The notes below the pieces were generated by a model. It made no database searches and was not told where the DNA came from. It saw nothing but the letters and a program-made list of their open reading frames with translations. Below, one piece after another: positions 23,707 through 29,875 of a stretch of 29,875 nucleotides of DNA. The DNA comes from a virus (Duplodnaviria; Caudoviricetes). Positions within the stretch are counted from its first letter, which is position 1, and the number at the start of each line of letters is the position of its first letter. A program made the translations under genes and the position numbers. Location: positions 1 to 29,875 of the IMG/VR virus record IMGVR_UViG_3300005805_000325; one strand, written 5' to 3'.

Positions 23707-24149
23707 TCGACGCACGTTCCCAACGCAACCTCGACACGCTCTTGCCCAAGGTTAAGCCGGTCATGGAGGCATTCGTTCTGGAAGCCAAGAAATACTTCCA
23801 AGAGAAGGGCGTCGATTGTGTCGTCATCTGCGGAACCCGTACCTACGCAGAGCAAGATGCCCTGTACGCTCAAGGCCGCACCAAGCCAGGTAACATCGTC
23901 ACGAAAGCCAGAGGCGGCGAGTCGCGACACAATTTCGGCCTCGCAATCGACCTTGGGTTATTCGTGGAAGGCAAGTACCTAGGCGACTCCCCGTTCTACG
24001 ATCACATCGGCAAGATTGTCGCCAAGTTCCCACAACTGGAATGGGGCGGGTCGTGGAAGTTCGTGGATGAACCGCACGTTGAGTTCAAGGCCGGCCTCAC
24101 GCTTGCTCAAATGCGCGAACGGGTAAAGACCGGCAAGCCTATCGTCTAA
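23703..24149 (+). CDS. Endolysin, peptidase M15 (L-Ala-D-Glu peptidase type)
   Basis: RTYAEQDALYAQGRTKPG…SRHNFGLAIDL…WGGSW..DEPHVE; the Zn ligands H, D, H are present. Confidence 0.92.
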   Translation: MIDARSQRNLDTLLPKVKPVMEAFVLEAKKYFQEKGVDCVVICGTRTYAEQDALYAQGRTKPGNIVTKARGGESRHNFGLAIDLGLFVEGKYLGDSPFYDHIGKIVAKFPQLEWGGSWKFVDEPHVEFKAGLTLAQMRERVKTGKPIV

Positions 24150-24337
24150 TGAACAACGAGACCGCATCCAACTGCTTGCAAGAAATCCTAGAGGCTATTG
24201 ACGGGGGTGCAGAACCCCGTGTCGTAGGGGCTACCGCAATCTCAAACAGGGACGCGATCCGCAAGGCAGTCAAAACGCTCAAGCCAAAAAGCCGCCCCCG
24301 TGAATCCAACGAGGATGAGGATTACTACTACTTCTAA
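24149..24337 (+). CDS. Hypothetical protein
   Basis: 62 aa with TAATG coupling on both sides; acidic/aromatic tail EDEDYYYF. Confidence 0.6.
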   Translation: MNNETASNCLQEILEAIDGGAEPRVVGATAISNRDAIRKAVKTLKPKSRPRESNEDEDYYYF

Positions 24338-24654
24338 TGACACCAGAAACAGACGCAGAAGACATCTGGGGTGACGCATCGCAGAAAGGCATCGCCAAGT
24401 ACCTACGGGGGCAGTCAGAGCATCGCACGGCATTCTGGAGTGCAGGCGCCGAGTGGTATGCCGACCAGTTAGAAGACGAAATACTCGACTTGGTGAGTTA
24501 TTTTCACCACCTCCGCAAAAGGCTGAAGGCGATCCGCGCCGTCTCCGAACTCATGGCAACCGATGAGGTCGGCCTACACGAAGCGGCTGCCATGCTCAAA
24601 GACCTCACCGACTCTCACCCTCCTCGGCACCGCCACAAGCAATCAAGCGACTGA
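24337..24654 (+). CDS. Possible all-alpha NTP pyrophosphatase (MazG/dATPase-like)
   Basis: KYLRGQSEH…W…QLEDEILDLVSY, an acidic ExxD helix. Confidence 0.45.
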   Translation: MTPETDAEDIWGDASQKGIAKYLRGQSEHRTAFWSAGAEWYADQLEDEILDLVSYFHHLRKRLKAIRAVSELMATDEVGLHEAAAMLKDLTDSHPPRHRHKQSSD

Positions 24655-25403
24655 TGGCGAATATCAACCACAAGTGGAAGCGGCTCATGGCTGTTTCATG
24701 CTCCCATGCCCGTTATGTGGACAAGGAAGCATGGGCAACCGTCTTAAAGTTTCAGTCAACCTTTAAGCCAAACTTAACAGTTCACCTGGGCGATTTCGTA
24801 GACCTCACGAGTCTGATGAGTGGTGCCAAAGGCGTCTCGGAAGCCGAGCCGTTGATCCCCGACATTGATACCGGCCTGCAACACCTCCGAGAGCTACGCC
24901 CTCAAATCGTGCTTTGCGGAAACCATGAAGTCCGCGCCTTCAAGCTCCGTTCCTCGCCATCCGCCCCGGTAGCGTACGCTTCCCACAAAATCGTGGAGGC
25001 AATGGAAAATTGCGCCTCAAAAATAAAGGCCCGTCTCGTCCCATACGATGGCGTCTTCCAGATGGTCGATATTGCCGACATCGGATTCCAGCACGGGGTG
25101 CTATTTAACGAGATGGCGGCACGGGACACCGCAGAGGCTTTCTGCAACACGACACGCCGCAAGGTCGTCTTCGGACACACCCATAAGGTCTCCATCCAAT
25201 CGTCGCGCACCCTCACAGGAGGCACAGGCTACAACATCGGCACCCTTACCCAGAGAGGCGGCATGGATTACGCAAATACCCGCCGCGCCACCCTCGCGTG
25301 GACGCAAGCCTTCCTATGGGGGGAATACTGCGAGGAGCTTAACCAATCATCGCTTCACATCACCCAACGCAACCCCAACGAGACATGGCGACTGCCCCTG
25401 TAA
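24654..25403 (+). CDS. Calcineurin-like metallophosphoesterase
   Basis: Motifs VSCSH, HLGDFVD, GNHE, QHG and FGHTH in canonical order. Confidence 0.9.
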   Translation: MANINHKWKRLMAVSCSHARYVDKEAWATVLKFQSTFKPNLTVHLGDFVDLTSLMSGAKGVSEAEPLIPDIDTGLQHLRELRPQIVLCGNHEVRAFKLRSSPSAPVAYASHKIVEAMENCASKIKARLVPYDGVFQMVDIADIGFQHGVLFNEMAARDTAEAFCNTTRRKVVFGHTHKVSIQSSRTLTGGTGYNIGTLTQRGGMDYANTRRATLAWTQAFLWGEYCEELNQSSLHITQRNPNETWRLPL

Positions 25404-25633
25404 AAACCGCAAACGACTGGCTTGCCATCCTCTCCAACGCCGGCAAGGTTCCTGACGAGGTGCCACCAGGGTTTAAGACCGTTGAACAAATCAGTAAGGA
25501 GACCGGCAAAAGCTCAACAATGGTACGAAGGCAACTCAACGAGGCCGTGAAGCTCGGCCTAGTCGAGAGGCGCAAGTTCGTCATCACCACCGGCTACAAA
25601 TTGTACCCCGTGCCTCACTTTCGCACCCTGTGA
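25385..25633 (+). CDS. Winged-helix DNA-binding protein
   Basis: KTVEQISKETGKSSTMVRRQLNEAVKLGLVER, an HTH plus wing. Confidence 0.7.
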   Translation: MATAPVKTANDWLAILSNAGKVPDEVPPGFKTVEQISKETGKSSTMVRRQLNEAVKLGLVERRKFVITTGYKLYPVPHFRTL

Positions 25634-26079
25634 TAATCATCCGCGAGGCTTCCCCCTCCCTCCTTCCCGTGAAGGTGGAAAAGGAAGTCTTGCGTTTAGA
25701 CAAGGCGATCTTTGCAGGGTCTCCCAAGGTTGAGCTAACGGACGCTTGGTGGTGGCTTGTCCGCAACGACGAAGGCAAGCCGATTGCCTTTGCTGGGATG
25801 AGACCCGCAATCATGGACTGTCACAAGGGCATGGCATACATGGTCAGGAGTGGAGTCATTAAAAGCGAGAGAGGCCAAGGCATTCAGAAGAAGCTCATCA
25901 AGGCCCGCATCAACCTAGCTCGACGCCTCGGATTCTCTGCCGTTGTGACCTACGTCATGGATTGGAACCTAGCCTCTGCCAATAGCCTTATTGGGTGCGG
26001 TTTCAAGCTCTACAAGCCCAAGGTTCAATACTACGGGAAAGACGTTTTCTATTTTAGGAAGGCGCTGAAGGATTCATAA
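25630..26079 (+). CDS. GNAT-family acetyltransferase
   Basis: Acetyl-CoA motif A V…RGQGIQKKLI and motif B NLASANSLIGCGF; GTG start overlaps the previous stop. Confidence 0.85.
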   Translation: MIIIREASPSLLPVKVEKEVLRLDKAIFAGSPKVELTDAWWWLVRNDEGKPIAFAGMRPAIMDCHKGMAYMVRSGVIKSERGQGIQKKLIKARINLARRLGFSAVVTYVMDWNLASANSLIGCGFKLYKPKVQYYGKDVFYFRKALKDS

Positions 26080-26130
26080 GTGATTACGGTCTAGAATCTG
26101 TAAGTCGTCGCATAGAGGCTCTTTGCGAAT

Positions 26131-26160
26131 CGCTTGTTTACTTTAATCAATAAGCGTTTT
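26131..26160 (+). terminator. Possible terminator ending the late/lysis transcription unit
   Basis: CGCTTGTT-N10-AATAAGCG then TTTT; a second imperfect palindrome at 26108-26128. Confidence 0.45.
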
Positions 26161-26200
26161 GACTAGATGCAATTTGGGGGATGGTTGGTATGTTGACGGT

Positions 26201-26662
26201 ATGAACTCGCTACAATACCGACGCGGATCAACTTGCTACGCAACCACGGGGCCGTCCCCGTTAGACAGAAAGTTTTTCCGTATCATGTTGCGGCGTGAAA
26301 ACCGCATTCGCCTCAAGGAGCTATTCACGCTAGAGGTAGATGGAAAGGCCGTCCCCGGCGAAGTCAACCCGGACGGGAAATGTTTTTGGCGCATGGTAAA
26401 AATGGTGGATGGCGTAGAATATGGGGCACCATACCAAGCCGGCGGATTTGCTTCCTGGTTGCGTCTTTACCGCAAGCCGAAAGGCGGGAAGCGCAAAGGC
26501 GCAGGCCGCAAGAAGGGTGGGGGCAAAGGCAGAGTCCAGCAAAGCAGATCCATTTGTCTATCACTCGACGATTGGGCCTTCTTTGATCGGTTGTGCAACG
26601 AAAAGTCGAGAGGGAGGTTTGTAGTTAAACTGCTGAAATCGTACGAGTTGCAACAGAAGTAA
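26201..26662 (+). CDS. Putative DNA-binding regulator (unknown N-domain, GGKRKGAGRK hook, RHH-like C-terminus)
   Basis: I prefer the ATG at 26201 over the track's TTG at 26159 because TGGTATGTT (extended -10) lies 6 nt upstream. C-terminus SRSICLSLDDWAFFDRL…SRGRFVVKLL. Confidence 0.6.
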   Translation: MNSLQYRRGSTCYATTGPSPLDRKFFRIMLRRENRIRLKELFTLEVDGKAVPGEVNPDGKCFWRMVKMVDGVEYGAPYQAGGFASWLRLYRKPKGGKRKGAGRKKGGGKGRVQQSRSICLSLDDWAFFDRLCNEKSRGRFVVKLLKSYELQQK

Positions 26663-26710
26663 AAAAAGTTACTTTTTTTGTTTACAAGATTCTGTAGGTA
26701 GGCTTTATTC

Positions 26711-26741
26711 GTCTCCGTCATGTTTACGGAGACCAGTTTTT
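26711..26741 (+). terminator. Hairpin/terminator between the two regulator genes
   Basis: GTCTCCGT-CATGTTT-ACGGAGAC then CAGTTTTT. Confidence 0.55.
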
Positions 26742-26806
26742 ATGTTGTAAACGCGATCCCCTCTCTGACGGGTTGCGATAACTTCATATAACGATCTCTG
26801 TAATGT

Positions 26807-27013
26807 ATGTCATGGATAGTGGAACCCAAGAATCTTAACCTCATGCCGATACAGAAACCAAAAAATATCAACTTTCGGGCTTCCGAAGAATTGTACCAAA
26901 CCCTCCAAACGGAGGCCACTCGAACCCACCGATCCGTTGGGGCATTTGTCCGAGCGATTTTGGAGATGGTTTTAATGCCTGACCCAAATGAGACCGAGGT
27001 CAATGAGAGCTAA
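26807..27013 (+). CDS. Ribbon-helix-helix (CopG/Arc-like) regulator
   Basis: KNINFRASEELYQTLQTEATRTHRSVGAFVRAILE; the true start may be the later Met at 26843. Confidence 0.75.
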   Translation: MSWIVEPKNLNLMPIQKPKNINFRASEELYQTLQTEATRTHRSVGAFVRAILEMVLMPDPNETEVNES

Positions 27014-27095
27014 AATGACCAAGCTCGACCTCATCGCCGCCGGCGCCTTGTTCACGATGCTCGTCCTGTCACTTGCGGCAACCCGCTTCAAATGA
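27003..27095 (+). CDS. Small membrane peptide (30 aa)
   Basis: MRAKMTKLDLIAAGALFTMLVLSLAATRFK*; ATGA-coupled to the next ORF. Confidence 0.5.
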   Translation: MRAKMTKLDLIAAGALFTMLVLSLAATRFK

Positions 27096-27193
27096 TCCGC
27101 GCCTTTTTCCAGCACCTTCGCTCTTGGTGGGCCGCGCAGTCGCCCGACAAGCGCCCCTCCTACATGACCTACAATTCCTTTTTGCAGCGTTAG
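27092..27193 (+). CDS. Small amphipathic peptide (33 aa)
   Basis: MIRAFFQHLRSWWAAQSPDKRPSYMTYNSFLQR*; ATGA overlap. Confidence 0.45.
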   Translation: MIRAFFQHLRSWWAAQSPDKRPSYMTYNSFLQR

Positions 27194-27239
27194 TAGTTAG
27201 TCCAACCCAAACACAACAAACCGAAAACATACCGACACC

Positions 27240-27380
27240 ATGACACCATACTACATCACAGGAGCCTTCTGCCTATCTGGGCTTATCGGCTTCTTCTTTG
27301 GTCGCATCACCGCAAGGGATGAGTACGAACCCTACAACGAGAGAGAGGCCAAGGGATTGCAGTCCCCTGACCTCAAGTAG
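27240..27380 (+). CDS. Small single-TM peptide (46 aa)
   Basis: MTPYYITGAFCLSGLIGFFFGRITARDEY…*; preceded by a long A/C-rich leader like other real starts here. Confidence 0.55.
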   Translation: MTPYYITGAFCLSGLIGFFFGRITARDEYEPYNEREAKGLQSPDLK

Positions 27381-27413
27381 CCCGGAGAACCCTTCTAAAA
27401 GAACCCCGAAGCT

Positions 27414-28244
27414 ATGAGTAATTCATCCAATACACAGCTTGCGGTCAAGCAAGCAGAAGTCCCGTTCAGCGACATGGAGCGCATGGCGCAGGCAATCGCC
27501 AAAAGTGGTTTGTTCGGTCTCAAGTCACCAGATCAGGCAGTCGCCCTAATGCTAGTGGCGCAGTCTGAAGGCCGACACCCTGCATCGGTCGCCGCAGAGT
27601 TCGACATCATCCAGGGACGCCCTGCCCTCAAAAGTCAGGCGGCATTGGCAAGGTTCCAGACTGCCGGCGGCAAGATCCAATGGCTTGTCAGGAATGACCA
27701 CGAATGCACGGCAGAGTTTTCGCACCCTGCCGGCGGCACCCTTCAAGTCTCTTGGACTATGGATCGCGCCCATGCTGCCGGTCTCACGGGCAAGCAGACA
27801 TGGAAGCAGTACCCAACTGCCATGCTCTCCGCTAGGACGGTTGCAGAGGGAGTCAGGGCCGTATTCCCCGCCTGTCTGAATGGCGTTTATCTAGCCGAGG
27901 AGGTGCAGGACTTTGATTCCCGCCCCGTATCCACCGGCAAGTTCCAAGCAGTCAAGGCGGCACTCCCTCCAGTTGAGGAGAAGGTCATTGAAGGCGAGGT
28001 GCTTCAAGTCGTTGAGACCCCCAAGGTTGAGAAGGTCGCCCCTCTGGATCAGGTCTACGAGTTGGCAGAGACCGACAAACTCACCGAGGATCAGGTTCTC
28101 GCCTTCCTCCGTAGCAAAGACCTCATCAACTCGGAGGTGGAATACCTCGCTGATGTGAAGGACACGCTTCTGAAGCGTCTGGTTAAAAACTGGAGTCAAG
28201 TGGTCGCCTTCGCAGTCGGCGCCAGCATGGAGGAGGCAGCATGA
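27414..28244 (+). CDS. RecT-like single-strand annealing protein
   Basis: MERMAQAIAKSGLFG…DQAVALML…IIQGRPAL…AAGL..K.TWKQYP.AML.AR…R.VFP..L.GVY..EE. Confidence 0.8.
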   Translation: MSNSSNTQLAVKQAEVPFSDMERMAQAIAKSGLFGLKSPDQAVALMLVAQSEGRHPASVAAEFDIIQGRPALKSQAALARFQTAGGKIQWLVRNDHECTAEFSHPAGGTLQVSWTMDRAHAAGLTGKQTWKQYPTAMLSARTVAEGVRAVFPACLNGVYLAEEVQDFDSRPVSTGKFQAVKAALPPVEEKVIEGEVLQVVETPKVEKVAPLDQVYELAETDKLTEDQVLAFLRSKDLINSEVEYLADVKDTLLKRLVKNWSQVVAFAVGASMEEAA

Positions 28245-28411
28245 GCTACGACGAATACCAAGTGTTTATTGCCGATGCGTTGGCTGCCGCTTGTGAGTAT
28301 TTAGACGGAGAGGGCGGAACAAAACGCGAAGACTTGGGCTTGATTGCAGCATTTCTTACCAGCGTCCAGTTGTTCAGCAAACTCGTACCAGAAGAGGAGG
28401 ACGAAGCATGA
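28241..28411 (+). CDS. Small acidic hypothetical protein (56 aa)
   Basis: MSYDEYQVFIADALAAACEYLDG…PEEEDEA*; GGAGG RBS; ATGA overlaps on both sides. Confidence 0.7.
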   Translation: MSYDEYQVFIADALAAACEYLDGEGGTKREDLGLIAAFLTSVQLFSKLVPEEEDEA

Positions 28412-29418
28412 GCCGGCATCACCCCACCCTCTCGCCTTCAAGTTTGGACAAGAAGGCCGCTTGCCTGCACTTCACGGGCAAGCCTGTAGGCAAGGCAGCG
28501 AATCGTGGAACCGAACTCCATGAGAAGTTGGCAGACGCCTTCAACCGCCGCGAGACCCCTTCTGACCCCCTTCTCAAGAGGGCGGCAGATCGGGCGAGGA
28601 ACTATATCGCTTCGGTGCAGGGCATTGAAGAGGAGGTGCAACTCCTCGACAACGACCTTAACCAGATCAGCTTTGGAACGGTTGACCTTTGGGGTCACTC
28701 GCAGGATGGAGGGCTTGTCCTTCTGGATTGGAAGTCGGGGGTGCAGTCGCCCGAAACCTACCTTCACCAGATGGCGTTCTATTCCCTCGCCCTCATGGAG
28801 CAGGAGGACATGGATGAATGTCAGGCGGTCATTGTCCCGATTGACAACGACGATTCCGAAGCATTCGCAACGAGCTTCACCCGTGAGTCGGCGGAAGAGT
28901 TGATCTACCCGCTGATTGAGAGGATCAAGGGCATGGAGGAAGGCCCGAAGGAGAACCAGTTCTGTAACTGGTGCGCGAAGCGGAAGGAATGCCCTGTATG
29001 GACTCTTCCCGCTGCCGAGGCAATCACGCCTGTTCGGGAAAAGCTCCTCTTCACCCAGGATGATGCGCTTGAGAGGCCAGAGCAGTATATGGACGCCTTC
29101 AAAAAACTTGAGGGCATCTTTGAGTCATGGGGCATCAAGGAGGCGCTGAAAGCCAAGCTAGAGGCCGGCATCGAAGTCCCCGGATGGAAGCTCCAGACCC
29201 GCAAGGGAGCAGCATCGGTGAACGATGTTGAGGCAGTCCTACGAGAAGTCGTGGAACGGATCGGGTATGCGAAGGCATCCAAGTTCGTCTCCATCAAGGC
29301 CGGCGAGATGGTGAAAGCATGGTCGGCCTACACATCGGGGGATCTCCCTGCCGGTGTCGAGGTCATCGAAGGCGAAGGAACAACCGCACTTGTGCAGGCG
29401 AAAGGAGGTGCCAAGTGA
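28408..29418 (+). CDS. PD-(D/E)xK exonuclease, Cas4/DUF2800-like, with probable Fe-S cysteines
   Basis: LSPSS…C…GTELH, GTVD…LLDWKSG, Q...Y and CNWC.KRKEC motifs; next to the annealase. Confidence 0.85.
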   Translation: MSRHHPTLSPSSLDKKAACLHFTGKPVGKAANRGTELHEKLADAFNRRETPSDPLLKRAADRARNYIASVQGIEEEVQLLDNDLNQISFGTVDLWGHSQDGGLVLLDWKSGVQSPETYLHQMAFYSLALMEQEDMDECQAVIVPIDNDDSEAFATSFTRESAEELIYPLIERIKGMEEGPKENQFCNWCAKRKECPVWTLPAAEAITPVREKLLFTQDDALERPEQYMDAFKKLEGIFESWGIKEALKAKLEAGIEVPGWKLQTRKGAASVNDVEAVLREVVERIGYAKASKFVSIKAGEMVKAWSAYTSGDLPAGVEVIEGEGTTALVQAKGGAK

Positions 29419-29645
29419 GCAACAGCAATCCCACCCAAGCCCAGGTGATTCTGGATCATCTCCTATCTGGCAAGCCCCTGACGGCGCTGGATGCCCTCAA
29501 CGAGTATTCCTGCTTCCGCTTGGCGGCAAGGATACACGAGCTACGGAGGGCCGGTCACGACATAGAGGAAGTCATGGTTTCTTCCAAGGCCGGCAAGCGC
29601 CATGCGAGTTACTTCATCCGCACATTCCAACTGGAGGCAGCATGA
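29415..29645 (+). CDS. Helix-turn-helix protein (HTH_39-like)
   Basis: GTG at 29415 with AAGGAGG RBS; TQAQVILDHL..GKPLTALDAL….CFRLAARIHELR..GHDI. Confidence 0.8.
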   Translation: MSNSNPTQAQVILDHLLSGKPLTALDALNEYSCFRLAARIHELRRAGHDIEEVMVSSKAGKRHASYFIRTFQLEAA

Positions 29646-29875
29646 GCGTATGCGCGAACTACACCTCTTCGCTGGAGCCGGTGGAGGTATCCTTGGCGGA
29701 CACCTTCTCGGACACACAACTGTCGCAGCAGTTGAAATCGAACCCTACTGCCAGCAAGTCCTCAAGCAGCGACAAGCAGACGGCATCCTCCCAGGCTTCC
29801 CAATCTTCGGAGACATCCGAGATTTCAACGGGATCGAATGGAGGGGCTAAGTCGATGTCATCGCCGGGGGGTTCC
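29642..29875 (+). CDS. Ser-rich ORF overlapping the methyltransferase in the +1 frame (partial, open to window end)
   Basis: ATGA-coupled start with GGAGG RBS; MSVCANYTSSLEPVEVSLADTFSDTQLSQQLKSNPTASK…SMSSPGGS, 78 codons with no stop. Confidence 0.6.
   Translation, partial: MSVCANYTSSLEPVEVSLADTFSDTQLSQQLKSNPTASKSSSSDKQTASSQASQSSETSEISTGSNGGAKSMSSPGGS
29650..29875 (+). pseudogene. C5 cytosine DNA methyltransferase N-terminus interrupted by an in-frame TAA
   Basis: Motif I LHLFAGAGG, VEIEPYC and GDIRDF, then TAA (29848-29850), then in-frame VDVIAGGF (start of motif IV). Confidence 0.75.

Noticed and set aside
26723-26750. dif-like XerCD site (TTTACGGAGAC-CAGTTT-TTATGTTGTAA)
   Set aside because: The XerD-like arm is partial, and the XerC-like arm is poor and already explained by a hairpin.
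26778-26790. ATAACTTCATATA, 12 of 13 matching a loxP arm
   Set aside because: No second arm after an 8-bp spacer and no recombinase in the window; probably chance.
29848-29850. Genome-wide stop-codon reassignment
   Set aside because: TAA, TAG and TGA all end intact genes here, and TAA ends the portal and capsid genes.

Overview
The window is about 30 kb of a short-tailed (podovirus-type) dsDNA phage or prophage. Its virion module resembles the BPP-1/HTVC010P/T7-type layout, and almost all genes lie on the + strand. Gene order: portal, small head proteins, scaffold, an out-of-place SSB-like gene, a ~930-bp non-coding island, major capsid, adaptor, nozzle, a cupin, three ejection proteins, tail fibres and chaperone, and lysis genes (3TM holin, M15 peptidase). 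The second ejection protein ends in a 3D/DPBB muralytic-like domain; the third is 2342 aa and carries an LPD5/LPD1 HExxH module. After lysis come an NTP-PPase-like/metallophosphoesterase/wHTH/GNAT operon and an early region with two RHH regulators, a RecT-like annealase, a Cas4/DUF2800-like nuclease, an HTH protein and a nonsense-interrupted C5-methyltransferase with an overlapping ORF. No terminase, polymerase, integrase, RT or CRISPR array is visible. The most unusual part is the island at 3582-4512. It holds an array of operator-like palindromes, an antisense cassette of four small structured RNAs, and a multi-helix leader before the capsid gene. One of the four RNAs is a tRNA cloverleaf without a normal anticodon loop; another carries a perfect tRNA-Ile(GAU) anticodon arm. 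All family assignments come from motif recognition by eye; no database search was run.
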